From: Octopus bimaculoides
Lineage: Eukaryota
Assembly: GCF_001194135.2 (NCBI RefSeq)
Contig: NC_068984.1
Span: 68,337,742 to 68,401,741 of the forward strand
Direction of reading: 5' to 3'
Length of the DNA stretch: 64,000 nucleotides
The position numbers and the translations under genes are program-made. Of the stretch, positions 1-13,367 are shown one piece after another; the stretch's first letter is position 1; each line of letters opens with the position of its first letter. Below the pieces are notes generated by a model. That model did no database searches. It was not told the origin of the DNA and saw nothing but the letters and a program-made list of their open reading frames with translations.

Positions 1-698
1 TATATACGCGAGGCAGAATTATGTGGAATTTTAGATTTATCTCCATTATATTTTACATGTGTGCATGTGTTTACTCACACATCAGTGTATATATATGTAT
101 AATCATATATATCTATATCTATACATATATCTATATATATATTTATATATATATATATGTGTGTGTGTGTGTTTATGTATGTATGTATGTATGTATGAGA
201 GAAAAAGAGAGAGAAGTGAAAATTATAACATCTTTTGCTACTCTTGTATTTTATATATATATATATGTGTATTTATATAAACAGATACGTATGTATAACG
301 TGCATGATATATACATATCAACATAATACGTACATCCATCCATATACACATACATTCATCCCTCCATCCACACGCTTACACATACATACATACGAAGGAA
401 TGACGTTTGAAAAACATCTATTTTTCTGTAAACTAGTAAGTTCTCTGAGTATTCATGTTAGTGTGTGTATGTGTGTGTGTGTGTATTTGGATGTGATTAT
501 GTGTGCGTCTGTATAACGTATACATCCGCAACTCCTACATGTACACATTATTTCATCATCGTATTTTTACATCTACAGAAAGTTTGAAGGCGAAAATTCA
601 CACATGTATACACCTACCTACAAAGCTACCTACCTACACGAACACACACATATATGTATGTATATATATGTCTGTATATATATATATATGTTTTTCTA

Positions 699-745
<47 letters not shown>
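1..745. repeat. Compound TA/TG/TATG microsatellite field
   Basis: Directly visible (TA)n, (TG)n and (TATG)n tracts; the overlapping Y/I/V/C-rich ORFs are repeat read-through. Confidence 0.95.
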
Positions 746-746
<1 letters not shown>

Positions 747-1047
747 TGCTTAAATAGCAGTTATTTCTAAACTTTAACCACCTTTTAACTATTATTATAT
801 CAGTGTTAAATTGTATATTTCCCCGAGTTCCTTATCTGTCATCATCGTAGTCATCATCGTCGCTGTTGTTGTTGTTGTTGCAGGTTTCTTGGTTCCTTTG
901 AATATAGATTACTACATTACGGTTGTATCTTAATTCCTTAAATGATACAATATTAACTGGCCAAGGAAGAAAAATTAATCTAACTACTAATAATGATAAT
1001 AATGATAAAGAATATATTCGGTATTAGCTTTCTTCATTTTGTTTGTC

Positions 1048-1089
<42 letters not shown>

Positions 1090-1686
1090 GAATAAAAGGA
1101 AAGCTAATTGAAAATATAACATTATATATACTAGACATGTTGTTAAATTCATGGGTATCGCAACAAGACAAGTTAAAACCGCAACGATAAACACACACGA
1201 TTGTGTAAGAAGCAAACAAATAAATAGATAAAATAAATGTTAAAAAAAATGTAAAAAAAAATATCAAACAAGAAACCACTTATATATAAGCTACGAGTTC
1301 ATTTGTATTTCGTTGTCTTCTTTATTTAAATCCTGTTCACATTTATTTATTTAGTTTTACTTCTGTAGCTCACTACTTTTCCTCGTTTTCTGTTTGTATG
1401 TTTGTATCTACTTTCACTTTCGTTTCTTCCCCTCTCACATAATCTTTCTCTTCCTCTGTATGTGAGTGTTTCTCGCTCTCTGTCTCTCTCTTATTCTCAC
1501 CCTTTCTCTCTGTTTCTTTCTTTCTCATTTTGTGCACCCATGCTTTTCAGTTCCACACATCGTACAAGTGTGGAATGAATTGGCGTCTGTGTGTGATGGA
1601 TAGTAAAAATTCTTATGGTGTGGTTGGTTATAAGTGAATGATTGGCTGCTTGGACTAAAAGTCTCGGGTCCTCATCGCATCGTTTT

Positions 1687-1730
<44 letters not shown>

Positions 1731-2292
1731 GCACGCACGCATACACACACAGACACACACGTACACGCACATGCACGCACACGCGCCTATATACACAAAG
1801 ATGCATACACCTGTTCGTCCATATCTGAACGTCTTCTTAAACATGTGTGTTGGAACACAAACATAAATTTATATAGACATACATATACACATACAAACAC
1901 ACACATACACATACACACACATATACATATGTGTGTGTGTATGTGTGTATGTATGGAGATATATGATGGGGCATGACGCGTGGGGAGGAGTAAAAACAGA
2001 AATACAGAAGGGGTAAAACGACTACAGCCAAATTTTACTGCATCATATATGTGTGTATATGTGTATATATATGTGTGTGCGTGTGCGTATAACGATGTAT
2101 ATATGATCATATTATATAGTGATATATAATACTTGTATTCGCACACACAAATAGTTATATCACAACATTCAAGCACACACAGACACATATAATGAGATAT
2201 ATGTAATGATAATTATTATTTTGACTAATGAAAATACCATCAAGTTATTTAACCTCACGCTTTAAAGAAAAAAGGTGTGACATGAATGAGAA

Positions 2293-2360
<68 letters not shown>

Positions 2361-3099
2361 AAAAGTCCTTGTGGTCACAATGAAAGTAATAAGGAGAATG
2401 GTTAAGAACAATAATAACAACAATAACAATAACAAGAATAATATATATCACGTTGCATAAATTCATGAGGACAAATATCTGATTATCATTATTATTATTT
2501 TTCTTTTTTCAATTACAAAAGTAATTTTTCTTTTTACTTTTTTTTTTTTCTTTTTTTTTTTGCAGTAGATAGAAGTGGTTAAGATATATTTTAGGATTTC
2601 TCACTGTAATTTTCTTTTTATATATATACAAATTCTATATCATTCTCTTTTAAAAAAAAAAAAATAATAATTAATCANNNNNNNNNNNNNNNNNNNNNNN
2701 NNNNNNNNNNNNNNNNNNNNNNNNNNNNNNNNNNNNNNNNNNNNNNNNNNNNNNNNNNNNNNNNNNNNNNNNNNNNNNNNNNNNNNNNNNNNNNNNNNNN
2801 NNNNNNNNNNNNNNNNNNNNNNNNNNNNNNNNNNNNNNNNNNNNNNNNNNNNNNNNNNNNNNNNNNNNNNNNNNNNNNNNNNNNNNNNNNNNNNNNNNNN
2901 NNNNNNNNNNNNNNNNNNNNNNNNNNNNNNNNNNNNNNNNNNNNNNNNNNNNNNNNNNNNNNNNNNNNNGTTTCCTTGGTGTACTGTGTTATATGTAATT
3001 TTTTTTTAATATTAATTTCTTCCTTTTATCGTGATGGGTGGGGGTGAGAAGGAGAAAGAATTCCGAATGGTAATAACTTTCTCAGATAGGTATAGAGGG

Positions 3100-3132
<33 letters not shown>

Positions 3133-3887
3133 GAATAATAATAATGATAAAATAATAATAAATAACAATAATAACAGAGACGACCACAACAACAACAACG
3201 ACAACACAATCCTTTTGGTGCAGAGGTAAAAAACGGTAGTTTTAGTGTTGAAGTTGCGTTGTTTTTGTGCCTTTTTATCCTGTCAAAGTTGTTCGGCTCT
3301 TGTTTTCGTAAATCCCAACTGTTGAGAGAAAGTGTTACTTGAAATGTAGTGTAGAAATAGAAAAAGCCAGCATGCGTAGGCTCTCTATCTACTCAAACAC
3401 ACTGGCGAGCACACGTACACATACATACAACAGAGTACGTTTACATAGGCAGAGAGAGAAATAGTAAGAGTAAGCGAGAGAGAGAGAGTGAGAGAGAGAA
3501 GAAAGAGACGAAGCGAGTGACAGAGAGAGAGAAAGAGAGAGCAAACGACGGTATGAATGAAGGAAAGAATGAATGAATGAATGTAAAAGCAAAATATAGA
3601 AAGAAAGAATGAAAAAAGATAAATATATCGATAGATAGACAGAAAGAAAAGTAATATACAAAGAGTGAGGTGGGGCGGGGAGAGAAAGACAGAATGAAAA
3701 AGTGAGTAACTGAATGAGTAAATATGTATGGAAGACAGAGGGAGAAATTTCAGAGAGACTAAAAGCGAAACATCATCTCACACTTCTTGATATTCGCCGC
3801 TTTCTCTCTTCTCTCTTCTTTTTTCATCTATATAACCGTTGAATTTTTTCTTCGCCTTCTTTCCCTTTCTCTATCTTTCCCTTTCTT

Positions 3888-3918
<31 letters not shown>

Positions 3919-3954
3919 GTTTGTGTGTAAGATGTATGTATGTATAATCTTACT

Positions 3955-4200
3955 CTTTTACTTGTTTCAACCATTCGACTGCACCCATGCTGGGGCACAT
4001 CTGCTTAGAGTTTTTATTTTATTTATTATTTTTTTGTCGATCAAATCGAATCCCGATATTTGTTTACTTAATTTTATATTTATTTTTATTCATTTATTTA
4101 TTTGTTTATATTCCTCGAATCTTATATGTCGGAATGTTAAAATTATGGAATATAAAAGGGCACAAACATAAACAACACCGGTTGTTAGACTGTAAACATA
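3955..4200 (-). mobile_element. Highly diverged copy of tRNA-derived SINE family A (3' half)
   Basis: cttgtttcaaccattcgactgcacccatgctggggcac and aaacaacaccggttgt match the family A tail seen at 5858-6267. Confidence 0.5.
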
Positions 4201-5011
4201 CACATATTCATACACACACACACACACACAAACACGTGTGTTTGTGTATGAATGTGTGTACGTATGTGTGTATGTGTGTGCTTATATACATACATACATA
4301 CATACATACATACATACANNNNNNNNNNTACATACATACATACATACATACATACATACATTGATATGTGTATGTGTGTTTGAATGCAAAGGGTTTCTAC
4401 ACAGTTTCCCTCTAACAAATTCTGCTTTCACGGAATTGGATAAAAAGAATTTTTTTTATTTTTAGTACAGACATCTATTCAACATACAGCCATGCCCACG
4501 CCTCAATGTTATCATCATCATCATCATCGCCGTCACCTCGTCGTCGCCGTCGTCGTCGTTGTCGTCGATTTATCGTCTGCCTTTCCATTCTTGCAGGAAA
4601 TAGACGAAGTTATGTTGAGGTAGAAAATATTTACACATACACACATACATACATACATACATGCATACTTACGTACAGACATACGTACGTATGTATTTAT
4701 GTATAATTCAGTGATTATTGTTTGATAACACACAAACACACATACACACAACCACAATTAATGGTTACTACTTTCTTGCTGTCTCTCTATACTTTACCTT
4801 AATTCCTTCAGTCTCTTCCTTTTTCTCTCTCCCCCTCTTTCATTTACGTACATACATACATACATACATGTCTAAATTTTTATGGAGTGATGAATTGGTT
4901 GGCAGATTATTGAAATGAAGGCATTGTAATATTTGTTCCTTTTCTCTGCATTCCAAGTTCAAATCCTGCAGAGATCAAATTTACAGGGTCAATAAAATAA
5001 ATTTCCATTCA

Positions 5012-5400
5012 AGGTGATCGATTAAGAGAATATTTAGAACAGCAGAAAGATCAGGTAAGTGTACACAGGTGGACAGAAACAGTGCTTCATGGATACACTT
5101 AAAAGCTCATTGAAGAGTTTTGAGATCAACCATGACACCTGGGAAATGGAAGCACAGGACTGCCCTGCTTGGCGAAGCTACACCAACGGAGGTATCACCT
5201 CCATGAACAGAAAAGAATTGCAGGAGCACAAAGAAAATGCAAAATGCCCAAATCCAGAGCTAAGTCTTTGAACTTCAGTCCCAGGAGACCACCATTGCCC
5301 AATCTGTAGCAGAATCTTCCAAGCATATATTGAACCACAACCAGATACACCATGACCCATTTTCTATTCCCATTTGATGTCCTTGATCTCCATTGACAAC
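5012..5400 (+). mobile_element. RTE (BovB-like) LINE 3' fragment, decayed ORF C-terminus
   Basis: Frameshift-corrected translation GDRL-KRIF...GK-GGQKQCFMDTLKSSLKSFEINHDTWEMEAQDCPAWR followed by a CPIC-type zinc-finger remnant matches RTE C-termini. Confidence 0.8.
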
Positions 5401-5509
5401 AATGGTTATATCAAAAAAAAAGAAAATTGAAAAATAACAATAGATAATATTTCGTTTGGGGATTTGGTTTGCAAGATTCTTTATGAGAGTTTGTGTGTTA
5501 AAGCATATA

Positions 5510-5786
5510 CTATTGTGTCTTGGGAGAGTCATTCTCTTTTAGTGTCCTGTAATTTAACACACTCACCGGTAAAATTTCCACTTATTTCTTTCTTTATTTT
5601 TCTAAAATTTTTGTTGCGTCTTGCAGCAACCTTTTCAATAGTTTTGACAGAGTAAAAGTATTGAAAAGGTTGCAAGACGCAACAAAGATTTTAGGAAAAT
5701 AAAGAAGGAAATACGTAGAAATTTTATCGGTGAGTGTGTTAAATTATAAGGCCCTAAAAGAGGATGACTCTCCCCAGACACAACAG
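5510..5786. mobile_element. Fold-back (palindromic) MITE with TA target duplication, Tc1/mariner-like
   Basis: Left arm ctattgtgtcttgggagagtcattctcttttag...caaccttttcaata is the reverse complement of right arm tattgaaaaggttgc...gactctccccagacacaacag; arms about 130 bp, 18-nt loop, TA at 5508-5509 and 5787-5788. Confidence 0.85.
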
Positions 5787-5857
5787 TAGATAAGATGACT
5801 TACGCCTTTTGCTCTGGTGCTTTGCATTCTGGGTCCATGGGAGGAAGACCTAACCCT

Positions 5858-6267
5858 TTTATTCTTTTACTTGTTTCAGTCATTTGACTACAGCCATGCT
5901 GGAGCACATCCTTTACTCGAACAAATCGAGCCCAGAACTTATATTTTGTTAGCTTAACACTTATTCTATCGGCACTCTATTGTCAAACTGCTAAGTTACA
6001 GGGACGTAAACACACCAACATCGGTTGTCAAGCAATGGTTGGGGGACAAACACTGACACAACTATACACACACACACCACAAATGCACACATACGTATAT
6101 ATACGATGGGCTTTCTTCAGTTTCTGTCTACCAATTCCACTCACAATGTTTTGGCTGTCCCAAGGCCATAGTAGAAGACACTTGCCCAAGATTCCATGTA
6201 GTGGGACAGAACCCAGAACCATGTGATTGGGAAGCAAGCTTCTTACTACACAGCCACTCATGTGCCT
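5858..6267 (-). mobile_element. tRNA-derived SINE family A (CORE-like motif CTTGGGCAAGT), near full length
   Basis: tRNA-like head with A/B boxes on minus strand, internal (CA)n, tail CAGCATGGC..AGTCAAATGACTGAAACAAGTAAAAGAATAAA; more than 12 copies in the window. Confidence 0.9.
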
Positions 6268-6344
6268 TTTGTTGGGAATCTATATTTCTGTTAAAAGTAC
6301 ACTGACTTTGTTTCAATTAATTTGAATAATAATGAAGAATTTAA

Positions 6345-6575
6345 TGAAACAGATGTCAGAGCTGTCAGAATTGTTAGCACGCTAAGGAAATTGCTTAGCA
6401 GTATTTCGTCTGACGCTACATTCTGAGTTCAAATTCCGCTGAGATCAACTCTGCTTTTCATCCCTTTGGAGTTGATAAATGAAGTACCAGTCAAGTACTG
6501 GTGCTGAGATTGCTTGTCCCACTCCCCACAAAAAATCCAGGCCTTGTGCCTATAGTGGAAAGGATTATTAAACTG
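6345..6575 (+). mobile_element. tRNA-derived SINE family B (tail ccttgtgcctatagtggaaaggattatt); a second partial copy follows at 6590-6720
   Basis: gcagaattgttagcacgc...ttctgagttcaaattccgctgag (B box)...ctttcatccctttggagttgataaatgaagtaccag, repeated across the window. Confidence 0.85.
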
Positions 6576-6699
6576 GTTTTTAAGTGGTAAGTTAGAAGAA
6601 TCATTTGCATGTTGGACAAAATGGTTAGTGGCATTTCCTTTAGCTCTATGTTCTGAGTTCAAATTTCCCCGATATTAACTTTGCCTTTCACCTTTTTGA

Positions 6700-7205
6700 G
6701 GTGAGTAAAATAAGTTGTAGCTGAGACGAGATGACATAGGATGGAAATACCTGGTGCCTTGCTGTACTCAAGAAGACCTGTCACTTATAGCAGAAATGTT
6801 AAGGATGCATCCCCTGGTGAAGAAGATTGGCCTGCAAGAGTCTTGTACTGGTGCCATGTAAAAGAAGCACTCATAATAGTGCCACATTTAAGTTTGTCAT
6901 CTTTAACAAATATATATCTACTATATCGGAAATCTACAACGGTTCCATAACTCCTGTCTTGTCTATGAGCTCTGGTAATCTGTTACAGCACTTACCCAGC
7001 ATACCTCATGCCAGTACCATGGTAAAAACGACCAGTACACATTGTAAGTGGTTGGTGGTAGGAAGGGTATCTAGTCATAGAAACCAAGTCAAATCAGATG
7101 GGAATATTTTGCAGCTCTGGTCAAACCTTCCAATCTATGCCATCATGGAAAATGGATGTTAAAGGATGATGATGATGCTGATGAAGATGCTGGTGATGAT
7201 GATGA
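6700..7205 (+). mobile_element. Diverged RTE LINE 3' end with (GAT)n tail
   Basis: aagaagacctgtca, gtaggaagggtatctagtcatagaaacc...catggaaaatggatgttaaaggatgatgatg, homologous to the 3' end of 10083-12345; another minus-strand tail at 7640-7740. Confidence 0.65.
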
Positions 7206-7744
7206 AGATGGTGATGATAATGAGCAACAGGACTGATGTTGTTGACTAAGATTCTCCACCAAAGGTTCAAGCCTTGTGCTTATAGTTGAAAGAAGTAATC
7301 TTGTGTTTGGAAAATATATTAAAACAGTATTTTGATGGGAGGTCTTCATTTAGACCCCTTTAAAATGGACTGTTTGTATCATAGAGACAGGGACAGTCTC
7401 AGGGGCCATTAACCACTGACACTATCAATGATCCTTTGGTAATTTAAATGAAGTTCTTTCTTTCTGTTGCAAGCATTTAAGCCAGGTCTCTGGTTTATGG
7501 ATAGATTCTTCATTTGCCCCCATCAGTGATGAAAACAATGCTATTTTTCTCTCAATGACTAAAATGGTGAAGTAGAAATGAAAATAAAAACAGTTGCGTT
7601 ATTACAAGCTACACAAAGAGTACTTGAAGGGTACATCAAACATGCATCACCACCATCATCATCATCAGCATCATTGTTTAACATCCGTTTTCCATGCTAG
7701 CATGGATTGGATGATTTGACTGAGGTCTGGAGAGCCAGGGGTGT

Positions 7745-7960
7745 ATCCATTGGTGTAGATGTGTCTCCTCAGGTGAGAAAATGTATCTCATTATAATAAC
7801 GTCTGTTCCGCAAGATTTCTTCTTCGTATGTGTATACAGAAAGCAGCAAATTAAGGAATACAGCTTCATTATTATAGAAGATCAATAACAGGTATCAGAT
7901 GCAAAAAGAAACAAATGCACAATACAGTGAAAAAAAAAGATTTAGATACAACAGTTAGTA
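7745..7960 (-). repeat. Dispersed repeat homologous to 57680-57880 (probable PLE terminal segment)
   Basis: Shared atccantggtgnagatgtgtctcnncnggtga...gttccgcaa...aaagcagc...cagatgcaaaaagaa...caatacag; the hammerhead-bearing end present at 57613 is replaced here by an RTE tail. Confidence 0.5.
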
Positions 7961-8344
7961 GATATGGATGTACAAATACCCTTGCTTACATTGTCTAGCA
8001 CGCGTGCACTCACTCGTACAAACTTACATGAAGATATGATTATATGCAGACATGTGGTTTAGCACACATATGTTCACACAGTGAATTAAATAAATATTAA
8101 TAAATTCAGTGACTAAAAGTGGCTAGTGATAAAACACCGCTTGCTGAGGAGTCACAGATTCTGTGGTTGTGTTCACTAGGTTTGGCTGATATACCTGTAG
8201 CACTTATAGAGTCATGAACATGTATGTAAATACAGACATAGTGGATGTGTATTTTTTGTATGAACAGCTGATGAAATAACACATATACATACACACACAC
8301 ACATATATTTCTATATATATATATCTATATACACACACACATAG

Positions 8345-8375
<31 letters not shown>

Positions 8376-8455
8376 TAGTGAGATAGATAGATACTAGTTT
8401 ATATATATAAATACATATATGCATACATAGTTACGTATGCACACACACACTTATA

Positions 8456-8496
<41 letters not shown>

Positions 8497-8944
8497 ACAA
8501 AACATATGCTGTGTGCTTCTACTGAATTTTACCATTGTAAGGGAGGCAATTTCTTCTAGGTTATAATAAAGGTTAATTAAGTTGCGGAATTTATATTGAA
8601 GAGTAAAGAGCATGGATATTTTATTACAATTTTCTTTTGCTCATATATAATATAAAGTTCTTAAATCTTATTGAGTCTATTCATCATGTATAGTGCCATT
8701 TCATCCTTATTTGGAATCATCAGCACAGCATTACTCAAGACAAATAAATTACATTAAATTCAACATTCTATGATGTTTCTTTTAATTTTTCTAATTTAAT
8801 AAAAAATTTTCAACACTTCTGCAGTAGAGAAGAGAAAGAAAAAGGAATTTCGTATTTGCAGGTTATATTCTTGTTGGGTATATCTGCCTTGCAAAGACAA
8901 TTTTTATGTATTCACAATTATTGTTTTCTTCTTTTATATTTTAT

Positions 8945-9350
8945 TTTTTGCTTGTTTCAATCATTAGACTGTGGCCATGCTGGGGCACTGCCTTAAAGAA
9001 CTTTAGTCAAAGGAATCGACCCAGTACTTATTCTTATCAGTTTTTTTTATAAAGCCTGGCACTCATTGTGTGAGTATCTTTTGCTGAACTGATAATTTAC
9101 AGGGACATAAACACACCAACACCAGCGGTCAAGTGGTGGTGGGCAACAATCACAGATAGAAAGATGCAAAAACACACAAACGTATGTGACAGGTTTCTTT
9201 CAGTTTCCATCTACCGAATTCACTCACAAGATTTTGGTTGATTCGAAGCTATAGTACAAGACAATTGCCCAAGATGTCATGCAGTGGCACTGAACCTGGA
9301 ACAATGTAGTTTGGAAACAAACTTCTTACAACACAACCACACCTGCACCT
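8945..9350 (-). mobile_element. SINE family A copy
   Basis: Same head, body and tail motifs as 5858-6267. Confidence 0.8.
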
Positions 9351-9651
9351 ACAAACAAATTTTATAACCTGCTTTGTTATATTCTTTGTATGTGGAGATA
9401 AGAATTTTCAACAGTTATTTCATGTTGTACTATTCATCAAAATGACTTAGAATAGATGTTCTTCAGGTTCATTTCACCATGGGGCTTGCCACCAGTTTTC
9501 AAGAATATCTGAAGGAAGAGTACTCAGAGCATTTCACATGAAATTGCTGAGAATCTTTGGCCAATAACTGATGAGGATTTGGCAACCTTCTGTGTCTGTT
9601 TTACGTTTGTTTGTGCTTATATATATTATATGTATTATGTGCTTTTAAACT

Positions 9652-9985
9652 TATGGCCCAGTGGTTAGAGTGTCGAGCTTATGAGCGTGAGGTTGTGAGT
9701 TTGATTCCTGGGCCAGGCTGTGTGTTGTGTTCTTAAGCAAGACACTTTATTTCACGTTGCTCCAATTAACTCAGCTGTAGAAATGAGTTGCAACATCACT
9801 GGTGCCAAGCTGTATCGGCCTTTGCCTTTCCCTTGGATAACATCAGTAGTGTGGAGAGGGGAGACTGGTATGCATGGATGACTGCTGGCCTTCCATAAAA
9901 CAACCTTGCCTGAACTTGTGCCTTGGAAGGTAACTTTCTAGGTGCAATCCCATGGTCATTCATGACCGAAGGGGGTCTCCTCTCT
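9652..9985 (+). mobile_element. tRNA-derived SINE family C
   Basis: Head gtggttagagtg...gagtttgattcctggg, central gttcttaagcaagacactttatttcacgttgctcc, tail ggtgcaatcccatggtcattcatgaccgaaggggg; tail recurs on minus strand at 63470-63650. Confidence 0.85.
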
Positions 9986-10000
9986 TTCTCTCTCTCGATA

Positions 10001-10042
<42 letters not shown>

Positions 10043-10082
10043 GTCCAGGCAAACTTCTTTTCTGCTTCTCCCTTGGCTATAT

Positions 10083-12345
10083 ATATAGCCAAGGGAGAAG
10101 CAGAAAAGGAGAAGTTGGCCTATGTTCAGTGATGTGAGGTCCAGAGACTTGAAGTATTTCGGATTGCAAGACAATGTGTGAGAGAAAATTGTGATGTCCT
10201 AGGAGAAAAATGTGTCCGCATGGATGATAGTGCACTTGCATTTAATGATTCTGATAAGAAAGAGGCTTGGAAATGCCTCTGTGAAAGACTGCTGAACATG
10301 GAGAATGAATGAAATGATGTGAATCTGACACATGTTGACCCAACTGAGAGACCAGTTACCTGAATTGACAGTACCTTGGTAGATAAAGAAATTAAGGATA
10401 TGGGGACAGGGACAGCCCTTGGCCCATCAAGAATCACCACTGAGATGCTTAAAATATCTGGCAGTGTAGGTTATGGTCTTGTTACCTGTATTGTAAATCA
10501 TGAGGTTCATGAAAGAGTCATAACAAATCACTGGTGTAGCAGCACCATAGTCAACTGGCACAAAGGAAAAGGTGATTACTTAGATAGAAATAATGACAGA
10601 GGTATCAAATTATTGGATCAAGTGATGAAAGTTATGAAGAGGGTCATAGCCCAATTAATTAGGGAAAGTATTAGCTTAGATGAGATGCAGTTCGGTTTTG
10701 TGCCACGAAGAAGCACCACTGATGTTATATTTCTGGTAAGGCAACTGCAGAAGAATTACATAGCCAAAGATAAACCTCTGTATTTGGCTTTTGTTGACTT
10801 GGAGAAAGCCCTGATCTTTTATCTGGTGGTTAATGGGAAAACTAGGGAAGGAAGAGTGGTTGGTAAGAACTGTACAAGCCATGTACAGGGATGTCACCAG
10901 TGAGGTGAGGGTTGACAAGTACAGTGAAGAATTCAGGGTACAAGTAGGAGTTCACCAAGAATCGGTCCTCAGCCCTCTCTTGTTCATCATTGTCCTCCAG
11001 GCAATAACAGAGGAATTTAAGACAGGCTGTCTTGGGAGCTCCTCTAGAGAAGAAGTTTCAGGTATGGAAGCAAAGTCTAGAATCAAATCACCTTCGAGTT
11101 AACCTAGCAAAAACCAAAGTCTTACTAAGTAGGGAGGCAGACAAACTACAAACCCCTTTAGGTAGATGGCCCTGAAAGGCATAGATAGAAACTCCATATG
11201 GACACACAAAAGGTGCAGCAATATCAGAGGATGGTTAACAGGGAAAATAGCTTTTGTGTGTGGAAGATGCACAGGTACAATAAATACCAAAAGTGTACAG
11301 AATATAAATACCATCAACTGCCAAGGGCTGGTTAAACTAGAAGTGGTAGATAGCTTCCATTATCTAGATGACCAAGTAAGTAGCGGAGATGGATGCTCCA
11401 AGAGCATAGCTGTGAGTATAAGATTAGGCTGGGCAAAGTTCATTGAGCTCCTAACTCTGCTGGCAACAAAGGGCCTATCCCTTAGAGTGAAAGGCAGATT
11501 GTATGATGCCTGAATGCGAACAACTATGCTACATGGCAGTGAAACATGAGCTGTGACAGATGAGGACATGCATAGACTTAAAAGAAATAAAACCAGTATA
11601 CTTTGCTGGATGTGCAATGTCAGTGTGCATGTTCAACAGAGTGTAAGCAACTTGAGAGAAAAGTTAGGCATCAGAAGCATCAGAAGTGGTGTGCAAGAGA
11701 GAGATGAGGATAGCTGTGTAAAGAAGCACTGATCTCTAACTATGGAAGAAGCCTGTGGTAGAGGTAGACCCAGGCAGATATGGAATGAGATGGTGAAGCA
11801 TGATCTTCAAACTTTGGGCCTCATAGAGGCAATGACTAGTGACTGAGACCTTTGGCAATATTCTATGTTTGAGAAGACCTGTCAAGCATGGTGAAATTGT
11901 AGTTGTGGCTGATGCTGGTGTCATGTGGCTGCAACCTGTGCCAGTGGTGCATAAAAAGCACCTTTCGATCATTGGGCTTCACAGAAGCAAAGTGGTTGAT
12001 GCTGGTGACACGTGCAGAGCTCCTTTTGAATGTTTAGCCTAACGGAGGCAATGACCAAGACATTTGGCATCACATAATTTTGAGGAGAAGACACACGAAC
12101 CCAAGTACAATTGCAGTCATGGAAGATACCGGTGCCATGCAAATGGCCCCTGTGCCAGTGGAATGTATAAAGCACCCATTACATTCTCAGAGTGGTTGGT
12201 GCTAGGAAGAACATTGAGCTGTACAAACCATACCAAATTAGACTGGAGTCTGGTGCAGCCTTCCAGCTTACCAGCCCTGGTGAAACTGTCCAACCCATCC
12301 CAGCGTGGACAACAGACATAAATGATGATGTTGTTGATGATGATA
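10083..12345 (+). mobile_element. 5'-truncated, decayed RTE-clade LINE (RT pseudogene, 3' UTR, (GAT)n tail)
   Basis: ORF 10376-10903 KGKGD...RGIKLLDQVMKV...QFGFVPRRSTTD..FLVRQLQ..LYLAFVDLEKA; VGVHQESVLSPLLF; VVDSFHYL; GWAKF.ELL.LL; many stops and frameshifts. Confidence 0.95.
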
Positions 12346-13189
12346 TACATATATGTATACATATGTCTGTATACATATATATATATATATATATATACAT
12401 ACATACTGTTTTGAGCTGTCGTTCTTGTACGGAATGAAATGAAAGTCTGATTTAATGAAGAACTTATTCAAAATACTCACCTGAAGAAACATATTTTACA
12501 CCTTTGATGGATGATAGTGATTACACGATATGTTAATTATATCATCTCACCAATATATTACGGGTGTAATGATATATGGAAGCAATTGTTATGAAATGGT
12601 CTAAAGAATGTTATTCAATCCATTTTCTCTTATTCATTTCTTCATTTGAGAATGTATATATATCATACACACGCACACACACATACACATATACACACAC
12701 ACACACACATACATAGGTGAGCACATAAGTGCAAAACAAGGTGGGAAAAATAGTACTTGAATACCAAAGATCTCACAATCTCACTTCGATATTAATCAGT
12801 CATTATCAATTAATTAATTAATTAATAAATTAATTATTTCTGGACATTCCCTCCCACTCTAAGCAAAGTCTTTTTTTTCTTTATCTTATAATAATTATAT
12901 TTATATATACCTTCCTGGTAAATTTAAAACCCTCCCAAACACCAAGCTGGTAACGAATATTACACCACTATGTTTTAAAAATCAACCACCCAATAAAATA
13001 TGAATGCTTTTCATGTATCTGAATAACATTACATCACACAATATTACATGTACCATCACAATTTTATTTCAGTTTTCATCACATCTGTCTCACAAAAAGG
13101 AACATGGGACTCTGAGTGACAGTTTTTATCATAATTTTCTAGCTTTAGTAAAAGTACATACATACATACGCCCTAACTCTTCGAAACAC

Positions 13190-13367
13190 CAGTGTTATAA
13201 TGGTGGCAGCTGATGAAGGAAATGTTCGCTATGTGGCCTGTGTGTTTTCTGTACCTTGTTTATCATTTTGTCCATGTTTTTTTGCAATGTCATGTACCCA
13301 GATATGCATCTATATATACTTGTAGATGAATGTATGTACATACATGTACATATATATGCATATACTC

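Noticed and set aside
5012-5060. Apparent exon AG|GTGATCGA...GATCAG|GTAAGT encoding DRLREYLEQQKDQ
   Set aside because: The same bases are the RTE LINE ORF (GDRL-KRIF..GK..GGQK) in another frame; the splice-like signals are incidental
5858-6267. tRNA genes at SINE heads
   Set aside because: Only A/B-box-like remnants fused to SINE bodies; no complete cloverleaf
8130-8185. CTGAGGA followed by a stem-loop as a hammerhead; likewise CTGATGAGG at about 9567
   Set aside because: No GAAA box or helix III/I pairing downstream
10376-10903. 175-aa ORF as a functional gene
   Set aside because: Fragment of a decayed RTE RT with flanking stops and frameshifts and the YADD motif deleted
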